Source: an uncultured Planctomycetaceae bacterium (GTDB taxonomy: Bacteria; Planctomycetota; Planctomycetia; Pirellulales; PALSA-1355). From it: 64,000 bases of DNA. A program made the translations under genes and the position numbers. Below are positions 23,088 to 31,188 of the stretch, piece after piece; position 1 is the stretch's first letter; each line of letters starts with the position of its first letter. The stretch spans positions 86,028-150,027 of the forward strand of contig OY970273.1 in assembly GCA_963715755.1 (NCBI GenBank), read 5' to 3'. Below the pieces are notes generated by a model. That model was not told the DNA's origin and searched no databases. It saw only the letters and a program-made list of their open reading frames with translations.

Positions 23088-24227
23088 ATGTCGACCAAAG
23101 CCAGCGTGGACAATCCGTTCTCCTGCCCGCATTGCGGCACGCTGGAGCCGCGATTTGCCAGCCGGGCCGGATTGCCGGTTTCCTGCCCGGGGTGCGGCCG
23201 GCAATTCGTGGCGGGGGTTCCCAGCCTGGCAACTCCCAACGTGCTGGCTGCCGGCTCCGAATCGGCCGACGAATCCGACACGTACGAGCTCGAGCCGCCG
23301 GTCGCCCGTCCGCCCGCGCCGGTGTTCACCGATGAAGAGTTGGCTCCGCCCGAACCGCGCAAGCCGGCGGCGACGCGCGAGGTGTCGCTGGAGCCGGTCG
23401 GCTACGATTCGCACGCGGCGCGCGAGCAGCGGCTGCATCGGTTTCATCACGAGCCCGACGAGCCGCCCAAGGTGGTCTTTCTGTCGGGGGTGTTCGATTT
23501 TCCGCTGCGCTCGGGAGTCTGGCAGCGCTGGCTGTCGATGTCGTTTTCGCTGCTGGTCCTGGGCCAGATCGGAATCCCCTGCCTGCGGCTGCTCGGCGTG
23601 CTCGACGATTCGGCGGCTTCCGGCGCCATGATCCTGGGCCTGGTAATGGGCTTGCCGACGCTGTTGATCACGTTGATCGGCGGCGGCTATGTTTCGGCCT
23701 GCCTGCTGGCCGTGGTCGAAGACACGGCCAACGGTTGCGATCAGGTGCAAGAGTGGCCCGAGTCCGACTGGCGCGATTGGGCCTTTACGCTGCGCCTGCC
23801 GCTGATGGCGGCCTTGGGCTCGTTTGCCGCCGGCAGCTTGTTTAGTTGGCTCGCCGGCCAGTGGAACCTGGCGGCCGACCTGGCCGCGCTCGTCGTCTTT
23901 CCGGTCCTGATCCTATCGATGCTGGAAAGCGGGGCGGCGCTCGCACCGATCAGCGCCGCAATCCTGAGCACCTGCCTCCGCTTCTGGTGGGTCTGGGCGA
24001 TCTTCTATGCCGAGACCGGTCTGGCGCTCATTGCCGTGGCCTGGCTGCTGCGCTGGATCGCAGGTCAATCCCTGAGCGTGGCGCTCCTTTGCGGCGCTCC
24101 GCCACTGGTGTATTTCATGCTGGTCTACGCGCGGCTGTTGGGCCGCCTGGCCTGGTACACCGGTTGGGACGAACAAGAGGAGTCCGACGATGACGAAGAG
24201 TTGTCCGCTGGCGACCTGCCGGCCTGA
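23088..24227 (+). CDS. membrane protein with N-terminal zinc ribbon (second such gene flanking thiSG)
   Basis: CPHCGT...CPGCGRQF zinc ribbon, acidic/Pro linker, multi-TM C-terminal half, acidic tail. Confidence 0.55.
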   Translation: MSTKASVDNPFSCPHCGTLEPRFASRAGLPVSCPGCGRQFVAGVPSLATPNVLAAGSESADESDTYELEPPVARPPAPVFTDEELAPPEPRKPAATREVSLEPVGYDSHAAREQRLHRFHHEPDEPPKVVFLSGVFDFPLRSGVWQRWLSMSFSLLVLGQIGIPCLRLLGVLDDSAASGAMILGLVMGLPTLLITLIGGGYVSACLLAVVEDTANGCDQVQEWPESDWRDWAFTLRLPLMAALGSFAAGSLFSWLAGQWNLAADLAALVVFPVLILSMLESGAALAPISAAILSTCLRFWWVWAIFYAETGLALIAVAWLLRWIAGQSLSVALLCGAPPLVYFMLVYARLLGRLAWYTGWDEQEESDDDEELSAGDLPA

Positions 24228-24272
24228 CCAATCGCCTGTTGCCACGTGCGACGCGAGCCACCCCGAGGGCCT

Positions 24273-25409
24273 ATGAGAACCGAGCGCACGCGTCGACTGC
24301 CACCGCTGTTTACGCAAGTGATCGGCTCGCTCCCCCGGCCGCAAGCGGTGCGCGATCTGGTGGCCGCCCGCGACCGGCGCACCGGCGACGGCGCAGGCGA
24401 TCAGGCCGGGCCAGCGGATGCTGAGGCCCTGGACAGCATGGTCGCGTTTGCCATTGGCGTGCAAGAACAGGCCGGTCTCGACGTGGTCAGCGACGGCGAA
24501 TGGCGCCGCGGCCATTACATCGGCGAATTTCTGAGCCGGGTCGGCGGCTTCGAAAAAGTCCGGCCCTACGAGCACCAGGGGGAACGGAAACTTACCGACG
24601 TGGTCGTTCGTCGGATGCAGGCCGGCGAGCCGGTGTTTGCCCGCGATGCGGCTTTCCTGGCCAGTCACACTCGGCGCGTGACCAAATTTGCCCTGCCCAG
24701 CCCGTTCCTGATTGCGGTGCGCTACTGGCACCAGGACTTCAGCCGCGAGGCCTATCCGACGCTGGAGCATTTCCTCGCGCATCTGGCTGAACTGCTGGCC
24801 CGCGAGGCTCAGGCCGTGGCCGCGGCGGGCATCGACATCGTGCAGCTCGACGATCCGGCCCTGGCTTATTTCTGCGACCGGCGTTTGACCGCCGGCGAGT
24901 CGATCCACGACGAGCGCTTGCGGCGCGAGTGGAACATCGACCGGCAATTCCCTCAGGCGCTGGCGGCGATCGGCCGGGTGGTCGACGGTTTGGCGGCCGA
25001 AGTTCACCTGCACTGCTGCCACAGTGTGTACAAACGGCAGAGCGACGTTCGCGGCGATTACCGGCCGATCCTGTCGCGGTTTGCCGGCGCGCCCATCGAC
25101 CGGCTAAATCTCGAGTTCGCCTACGAGGGCACAGGAGACGTGAGCGACTTGGACCTGCTGCCCGAGGGCATCGACCTGGGCATGGGCGTCGTCGACGTGC
25201 GGACCGAGCAGCCACAGTCGATCGAGGCGATCGAGCGGCTGGCCGCGGCGGGCATCGCGCGGATCGGGGCGGCGCGGATGGCGCTGAATCCCGACTGCGG
25301 CTTTGCGCCCGGGGCCGGCGAACCGCCGACGCTGGACGAAGCCTACGAAAAGCTCAAGCGGTTAGTGGCGGCGGCGAAGCGGCTGCGCGAGCGGTTTGCC
25401 GGCTATTGA
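24273..25409 (+). CDS. cobalamin-independent methionine synthase (MetE C-terminal domain)-like family protein
   Basis: IGSLPRP N-terminus, zinc-ligand-like HLHCCHS and LNPDCGF; last ~50 codons are repeated at 30181-30336. Confidence 0.7.
   Translation: MRTERTRRLPPLFTQVIGSLPRPQAVRDLVAARDRRTGDGAGDQAGPADAEALDSMVAFAIGVQEQAGLDVVSDGEWRRGHYIGEFLSRVGGFEKVRPYEHQGERKLTDVVVRRMQAGEPVFARDAAFLASHTRRVTKFALPSPFLIAVRYWHQDFSREAYPTLEHFLAHLAELLAREAQAVAAAGIDIVQLDDPALAYFCDRRLTAGESIHDERLRREWNIDRQFPQALAAIGRVVDGLAAEVHLHCCHSVYKRQSDVRGDYRPILSRFAGAPIDRLNLEFAYEGTGDVSDLDLLPEGIDLGMGVVDVRTEQPQSIEAIERLAAAGIARIGAARMALNPDCGFAPGAGEPPTLDEAYEKLKRLVAAAKRLRERFAGY
25251..25409. repeat. left copy of ~150-bp imperfect direct repeat (3' end of the MetE-like gene)
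   Basis: ggcatcgcgcggatcggggcggcgcggatggcgct... shares all but ~5 positions with 30181-30336 before the two copies diverge at the last few codons. Confidence 0.8.
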
Positions 25410-25711
25410 GGCCGTTGCAGCCAGTAGTTCGGCTCGCGGCTGCAGTGCGTCACGGCAACTACCAAGATTTCATTTTCCAGCACCTCAAAGACTACCGCGT
25501 AACGCAATTTGTCCAATAACGCGCGGCGGTAGGGCTGGTCGGCCGGGAGGGTCTCAAGTTTGGGAAAACTGAGCGGGCGGGAGACGATGGTGTCAAACGC
25601 CCGCTCAAGTTCGACGAGCAAGGCGGCACCGGCCGACGCGGATTGGTCGTTCAGGTACCGTCGCGCAGCTTCGACCTCAGCCTCGGCCTCGGGAAGGATA
25701 CGGAGGATCAC
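25403..25711 (-). CDS. type II toxin, ParE/RelE family
   Basis: 102 aa ...YRRALLDKLRYAVVFEVLENEILVVAVTHCSREPNYW; overlaps antitoxin stop by 4 nt. Confidence 0.8.
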   Translation of the reverse strand: MILRILPEAEAEVEAARRYLNDQSASAGAALLVELERAFDTIVSRPLSFPKLETLPADQPYRRALLDKLRYAVVFEVLENEILVVAVTHCSREPNYWLQRPQ

Positions 25712-25956
25712 CCTGCCGTCTCGCTCGCCTGACGACGTGATAAGTCGGCAAGCATCTCGGCAGCCGATCTGGTGTCCGTCGCGCCTGCTCGATATGCGGC
25801 CGACCGGCGCTGCAACTCGGTGAGCAGTTCGCTGCCGGCGAGCACTTCGCGGCGATCGCTGGCTTCAAGGCTTTGTCCGAGGGCCACGGCAACGTAGGCC
25901 CGATCTTCGGGTGTGAGGGCAAGCGCCTGTTGCAGAATTTGTTCGCGATCCGACAT
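25708..25956 (-). CDS. antitoxin, putative addiction-module component (TIGR02574-like)
   Basis: MSDREQILQQALALTPEDRAYVAVALGQSLE...; ATG 25956 preceded by GAGGAG; operon with the ParE-like toxin. Confidence 0.65.
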   Translation of the reverse strand: MSDREQILQQALALTPEDRAYVAVALGQSLEASDRREVLAGSELLTELQRRSAAYRAGATDTRSAAEMLADLSRRQASETAG

Positions 25957-26128
25957 GGTCGACTCCTCGCTGGCTGATAGTTCCAATTTTCGCATCGTGG
26001 GGTCCAAAAGTCGAGAGTATTGCCTGTCCGGGTGACGGCCGCACGATAATTGACACCCCACCGCGAACGGTGAGACAATACCGCGCCTGGATTTCATCTC
26101 TCCGCGGCGGCTTTGCCGGACGACGGCC

Positions 26129-29100
26129 ATGGCCCAAAGTTTTGACCCGTATCACATCTGGCTGGGAATCCCGCCCGAGGATCAGCCACCCGATCATTAC
26201 CGCTTGCTGGGGGTCAAGCAGTTCGAGTCGAACCCCGACGTGCTGGAAAGCGCCGCAGATCAGCGGATGACGCACATCCGCTCGTTTCAGACCGGCAAGC
26301 ACGCGGCCGAATCGCAAAAACTGCTCAATGAGTTGTCGGCGGCCCGGCATTGCCTGCTGAATCCGGAAAAGCGCCAGCCCTACGACCAGGCGCTGCGGGC
26401 CCAGCAACCGCAGGCAGCTCCGCCGGCTACGCTGCCCAAAGCGATGCCGACAAGCCCGGTCAGACCGCTGGCCGTGGCCACACCGCTGGCGGTGCAGAGC
26501 GTCGCACCGACGTCGCCCGACCTCGGCTTCGATCCGCTGGAGCAGGCCGGCGGACGGCGCACCGCCAAGAGACGCCGGACCACGGTGCCACCGGTGATGT
26601 TGGCCGCGGTCGGTGCGGGGCTCGTCGCCGTGATTGGAATTGCCTGGGTAATCCTGGGCGGCGGGACGGACGAAAGCACTCCACTCGCCGCACGTGTCCC
26701 GGGTGATTCGGCAACCCGCGAGCAGCGCGGCGCGGACGACACGCGTGAATCGATCCCCGCGCGACCCCTGCCCGCGGCTCCGCACCCATCGACCAGTCCG
26801 CTCGATCCCGACGGCGTTCCGGCGGACGACGGAACGCAGGACTCGATGACCTCAGCCGATGATCCGGCCGTCGAGCCCGCCGAGGACACCGCCGGCGACA
26901 TGCCCGCGGCCGTGTCGGCGGACGAAGACGAGACGCCCCAGACGGCGGTTGAGACCCGACCCGCTCCGCCCGACGCGGCCCAGCAGGCGGCCGCCCTGGC
27001 CGAAGTGCAGCGGGCGCTGAAGGCCGAATTCGCTGCGGCCAAGAAACCGGCCGACAAGGCGGCGCTAGCCGAAAAGTTGCTTGCGCTGGTGCCCGACAGC
27101 AGCGATCCGGGCGAGCAGTACGTCCTGCTCGGCGAGGCTCGGCGGCTGGCCATCGCGGCGGGCGCTCCGGCCCTGGCGCTGCAAGCGACGGAGGGATTGG
27201 CCGAGAGCTTTGCGGTCGATCGCTTCGAAGAGCTGGCCAAAACGGCTGAGGAACTGGGTGGAAAAGACCTTTCGTCGGCACTGAAGAAAGAACTGGCCGA
27301 GTCCCTTGAGCCCCTGACCGGCGCGGCTCTGTCGGCGGGCCAGTTTGCGGCCGGGAAGCGCCTGGCCAGGGTGGGGCTGGCGGCCGCCCGCAAGAGCAAC
27401 CAATCCGAGCTCGCCAAAACCTTTGTCGGGCGGGGCAAGGAATTGGCCGCCGGCGAAAAGGTCGTGACCAGCGCTGCCGAGGCGCGGGAAAACCTGGCAA
27501 AAAATGCGAACGACGCCGCGGCACACGAAACGCTGGGGAGATACTTGTGCCTGTACGTCGGCGACTGGCCGGCTGGCCTAGAGCATCTGGTGCGCTCGGA
27601 GAGCCCGGCCCTGCGGTCCGTTGCCCAATTGGAAACGTCGGCCGATCCGACTCCCGCCGCAATGACGAAACTGGGCGATGCCTGGTGGGACCTGGCCGAG
27701 CATGGCGTTGTGGATGCCAGCCGCATGCGCGGCCGTGCAGGCTACTGGTACGAGCAGGCGGTCGGCGGGCTGACGGGGTTGACACAGACCCGGGTCGAGA
27801 AGCGACTGGAAGAAACCGCTGCTACTCAGCCGAACGGGGCGGGTGGCGGAGTCATTGCCGACAAGCTGGTCCTCTGGAACTGCAATAGTAACCAGTGGAG
27901 GAACCGCGGGATGCTCAGCGCCAACATCGAGCTGCGAAGGGCAGACAAAGTCGTCTGGTCGAAGAAAGACATTCCGCTGGCGTGGAGCAGAGACGAAGAA
28001 CCAGCGACAACGATTCTGTTGCCGAAGATCCCCTTCGACGCATTGCGGGTAGTAACGGCCTCGTTTCAAGAGCTTGGATCGGCGCTCTGCGAGATCGAAG
28101 TTTTTCGCGGTCGCGACAACCTTGCTCGCGGAAAACCAGCGATAGCCAGCGCGACGTACGATTCGCATTCGCCGGCGGCGCTCGTCGATGGAATCACGAA
28201 TTCTTCGCGCGTCGGCGTCGGGTATTGGGTAGCGCCCGACCGTCAGCCCTCTTGGGTCGAAGTGCAACTGACCCCGCCCGTGCGTCCGAACATGGCCGAG
28301 GCAGGTGGCGGCGTCATTGCCGACAAGCTGGTTCTATGGAACTGCAACAGCAACCATTGGAAGGATCGCGGCGTCCTGATCGCCAACGTGGAGTTGATGA
28401 GGGCCGGGAAGGTCGCCTGGTCAAAGAAGGCGATCAGAGTGGCTTGGAGCAAAGACGCGGAACCCGCGACGACGATTCGGTTGCCGAATATCCGGTTCGA
28501 CGTGCTACGCATCGAAGCGGCCTCCCATCAGGGGGCGGGCTCGGCACTGTGCGAGATAGAAGTATTCCGTGGCGGCATGAACCTTGCACGCGGAATGGCG
28601 GTCGTGGCGAGCGGTTCCCACCATTCGGGCCATCATCCGGCCAGCGCCTTGGTTGACGGCGTCACGGATTCATCGCAGGACGGTGTCGGTTACTGGGTCG
28701 CGCCAGACCATCAACAGGCATGGGTCGAAGTGCAGGTCGCTCCGCCATCAACCCCGAGCGGCAAGACCGTCTACTTGTCCGACCTACCGGCCACCGAGAC
28801 TCGAATTCACATCGCGTCACTGTACGACCGGCATCCGGTTGGCGGCGTAGAATGCACCCACGGCCTGTTCATGCCTCCGAACCACAGTAGTTCATCCCAC
28901 GTGGCTTTCGTTCTCGATCAGGAGTACCGGACGGTTTCCGGCGCGGCGGCGATTGCCGACTCGGCTGGAGTGCGAAGCGCCTCGCCGCTGACGTTCCGAA
29001 TCGTAGGCGACGGAACGGAATTATGGCGCACGACAATACAAAGCGTTCGTGAAATTCGGCCTATACGCGTACCTGTCGGCAATGTCAGCAAGCTCGAATT

Positions 29101-30154
29101 GTTCGTCGACTGCCCCGGCAACGCTGACGCGGGACACGCGCTCTGGGTCGATTTGGTTCTAACACGTTCCGGCGCGACACCAACGGTATCCACGAAATCG
29201 CGGCCGGGAAAAACCCCTGATGAACCTGCCGTCAACAAGCAAGGGCACGCCGCCGGTGTCGTCGCGGACAAGCTGGTGTTATGGAACTGCAACAACCACA
29301 CCCGGAATGATCGCGGAATGCAAAGCGTCGACGTTGAATTGCGCGCGGCAGGCAGAGTCGTTTGGTCGAAGAAAAGCATCCCAACGGCTTGGAGCAAGGA
29401 CGACGAACCGGCGACGACGGTCCCACTTCCAAAGGTCGCGTTCGAAGCGGTTCGCGTCGCAACGGCCTCCTTTCAGGGGATCGGGTCCGCGCTTTGCGAG
29501 GTCGAGGTCTTCCAGGGGAACGCCAACATCGCGAGCGGAAAACCGGTGAAGGGCAGCGGATCGTACGCTGGAGAATACTCGCCCGCAGCGGTCGTCGACG
29601 GCATTACCGACTCCTCGCGCTTCCACGTCGGGTATTGGGTCGGGCCCGATCAGCAACTTGCCTGGGTCGAGGTGCAGGTTGCTCCGCCAACGGCGCCGAC
29701 CGGCAAGACCGTCTACTTGTCCGACCTGCCGGTCCTGGAGTCCCAGGTACACACCGGGACGACCCTGACCGACTCGATTCCAGTCGGCGGCGCGACGCCC
29801 GCTCACGGTCTTTTCATGCACCCTGCAGACGGTGGTACGTCGCATGCCGTTTATGCTCTGGACAAGAGATATCAGATGCTCTCGGGCGCGGCGGCGGTCG
29901 GCGACACGGCGGGTGAACGGAGCGCGACGCCGCTCACATTCCGCATTGTCGGGGACGGAAAAGAATTGTGGCGTGCGACGACGCAAGAGGTTGGGGTGAC
30001 ACGCCCCGTGAACGCGCTCGTCAGCGGCGTTACCAAGCTTGAGCTGTTTGTCGACTGCCCCGGCAGTGTGGTGGCTGCGCACGCAGTTTGGCTGGATTTG
30101 GCGCTCACGCGAGCCGGACCGGGCACCGGGCCGAAGGCAAAAAAATCGCCTTGA
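26129..30154 (+). CDS. 1341-aa membrane-anchored multi-CBM protein: J-domain-like N-terminus (no HPD), one TM, helical stalk, 3 discoidin (F5/8 type C)-like and 2 NPCBM-like modules
   Basis: N-terminus DPYHIWLGIPPEDQPPDHYRLLGV...FQTGKHAAESQKLLNEL (J-like, HPD absent); TM VMLAAVGAGLVAVIGIAWVILGG; repeats GGVIADKLVLWNCNSN...ALVDGITxSS...YWVAPD..WVEVQ x3 (27841, 28303, 29249); TVYLSDLP...GHALWVDLVLT and ...AHAVWLDLALT (NPCBM-like, DHADWAD-type ending) x2; repeat region has visibly lower G+C. Confidence 0.85.
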   Translation: MAQSFDPYHIWLGIPPEDQPPDHYRLLGVKQFESNPDVLESAADQRMTHIRSFQTGKHAAESQKLLNELSAARHCLLNPEKRQPYDQALRAQQPQAAPPATLPKAMPTSPVRPLAVATPLAVQSVAPTSPDLGFDPLEQAGGRRTAKRRRTTVPPVMLAAVGAGLVAVIGIAWVILGGGTDESTPLAARVPGDSATREQRGADDTRESIPARPLPAAPHPSTSPLDPDGVPADDGTQDSMTSADDPAVEPAEDTAGDMPAAVSADEDETPQTAVETRPAPPDAAQQAAALAEVQRALKAEFAAAKKPADKAALAEKLLALVPDSSDPGEQYVLLGEARRLAIAAGAPALALQATEGLAESFAVDRFEELAKTAEELGGKDLSSALKKELAESLEPLTGAALSAGQFAAGKRLARVGLAAARKSNQSELAKTFVGRGKELAAGEKVVTSAAEARENLAKNANDAAAHETLGRYLCLYVGDWPAGLEHLVRSESPALRSVAQLETSADPTPAAMTKLGDAWWDLAEHGVVDASRMRGRAGYWYEQAVGGLTGLTQTRVEKRLEETAATQPNGAGGGVIADKLVLWNCNSNQWRNRGMLSANIELRRADKVVWSKKDIPLAWSRDEEPATTILLPKIPFDALRVVTASFQELGSALCEIEVFRGRDNLARGKPAIASATYDSHSPAALVDGITNSSRVGVGYWVAPDRQPSWVEVQLTPPVRPNMAEAGGGVIADKLVLWNCNSNHWKDRGVLIANVELMRAGKVAWSKKAIRVAWSKDAEPATTIRLPNIRFDVLRIEAASHQGAGSALCEIEVFRGGMNLARGMAVVASGSHHSGHHPASALVDGVTDSSQDGVGYWVAPDHQQAWVEVQVAPPSTPSGKTVYLSDLPATETRIHIASLYDRHPVGGVECTHGLFMPPNHSSSSHVAFVLDQEYRTVSGAAAIADSAGVRSASPLTFRIVGDGTELWRTTIQSVREIRPIRVPVGNVSKLELFVDCPGNADAGHALWVDLVLTRSGATPTVSTKSRPGKTPDEPAVNKQGHAAGVVADKLVLWNCNNHTRNDRGMQSVDVELRAAGRVVWSKKSIPTAWSKDDEPATTVPLPKVAFEAVRVATASFQGIGSALCEVEVFQGNANIASGKPVKGSGSYAGEYSPAAVVDGITDSSRFHVGYWVGPDQQLAWVEVQVAPPTAPTGKTVYLSDLPVLESQVHTGTTLTDSIPVGGATPAHGLFMHPADGGTSHAVYALDKRYQMLSGAAAVGDTAGERSATPLTFRIVGDGKELWRATTQEVGVTRPVNALVSGVTKLELFVDCPGSVVAAHAVWLDLALTRAGPGTGPKAKKSP

Positions 30155-30180
30155 GCCGCCGCCGGACTTGCCGTTGCCAG

Positions 30181-30336
30181 GGCATCGCGCGGATCGGGGC
30201 GGCGCGGATGGCGCTAAATCCCGACTGCGGCTTTGCCCCCGGGGCCGGCGAACCGCCGACGCTGGACGAAGCCTACGAGAAGCTCAAGCGGCTAGTAGTG
30301 GCGGCGAAGCGGCTGCGCGAGCGGCTGGCGAAGTAA
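30181..30336. repeat. right copy of the MetE-like 3'-end direct repeat (diverged, encodes ...LKRLVVAAKRLRERLAK*)
   Basis: aligns base-for-base with 25251-25406 with ~5 substitutions, then diverges. Confidence 0.8.
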
Positions 30337-30376
30337 TCAAGTGGGCCCTATGGGACCGACCCATTGGCCGCCGGCG

Positions 30377-30684
30377 TTAATGCGGGCGGCCGAGCCAATA
30401 ATTCGGCTCGCGAATGGCGTGCGCCAGCGCGACGATGACGACCTGGTCCGTCAGCACTTCGAACACCACGGCGTAGTGGAATCGCGCCAGCAGCGCCCGT
30501 CGATAAGGCGCACGCTTGGGTAGCGTTTCCAGTTTAGCGAAGCTCAAGGGACGTTCGGCGATCGCATCGAGCGATTGACACAGATCATTCAGGAATGGTC
30601 GCCCGCGGAGATCGGTCGGCCGTTCAAGAACTGCCGAGCAGCCTCGATCGCCGCTTCGGCCTCGGCGAGGATCCGTGGAGTCAC
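30377..30684 (-). pseudogene. decayed second copy of the ParE/RelE toxin gene
   Basis: GTG 30684 reads VTPRILAEAEAAIEAARQFLN...SAGDHS* then the other frame continues ...SLDAIAERPLSFAKLETLPKRAPYRRALLARFHYAVVFEVLTDQVVIVALAHAIREPNYW; about 10 codons missing relative to copy A and frame broken. Confidence 0.6.
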
Positions 30685-30777
30685 AAGGTGGGCTCGCCGG
30701 CCTGTCGGCACTGCGCGTCGGCAAGCACATCCGCGTCGGCACGCGCGGTCGTTTCGCCGGCCCGGCAGCGACCGATG
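30681..30777 (-). pseudogene. 3' fragment of a second antitoxin copy
   Basis: encodes ...GRCRAGETTARADADVLADAQCRQAGEPTL*, homologous to the C-terminus AAYRAGATDTRSAAEMLADLSRRQASETAG* of the intact antitoxin; N-terminal part absent. Confidence 0.45.
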
Positions 30778-31188
30778 CTAAGGGCTCCCCCAGAACCACG
30801 CGAAAATTCCGAAACCAAGAAGCAGCCCGATCCCGGTTAGGGTCGGCCCCCAAACGGCATTGAAACACACCGGTTCACACCAACGCGGCTGGCTGGGGTT
30901 GTAACGGATGAAGATCGAGTCGCCGCGCCGCCACGGCCTGCGCCACCCGCTCCACGTGGAAACGGTCACGACCTTGTTTCCGTCTACAGTCTCAAATTGA
31001 ACAACGGGAGCATAATAACGCCCCTCGGATCCATGCGTAATTTGATAGCGCAGGACAATCGCCGACACCTTGGGCCAGCGCCGCCACTTCCAGGTTTCGT
31101 AACCGACAAAAAAAATCAGCAGACCTGCGATAAACGTGAACGCGACAACGAAAAAAATGATTTCGATCATACCTGGCTGATCACGCAT
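30778..31188 (-). CDS. DUF3592-family membrane protein
   Basis: MIEIIFFVVAFTFIAGLLIFFVGYETWKW...PVVQFETVDGNKVV...; start could be 31188 (MRDQPGM) or 31170 (MIEII). Confidence 0.6.
   Translation of the reverse strand: MRDQPGMIEIIFFVVAFTFIAGLLIFFVGYETWKWRRWPKVSAIVLRYQITHGSEGRYYAPVVQFETVDGNKVVTVSTWSGWRRPWRRGDSIFIRYNPSQPRWCEPVCFNAVWGPTLTGIGLLLGFGIFAWFWGSP

Noticed and set aside
25251-30777. Classic integrase-mediated genomic island
   Set aside because: No integrase, transposase or tRNA target in or beside the segment; the flanking repeat is a protein-gene 3' end plus a diverged TA module, so it is reported as a duplication/insertion of uncertain mechanism instead.
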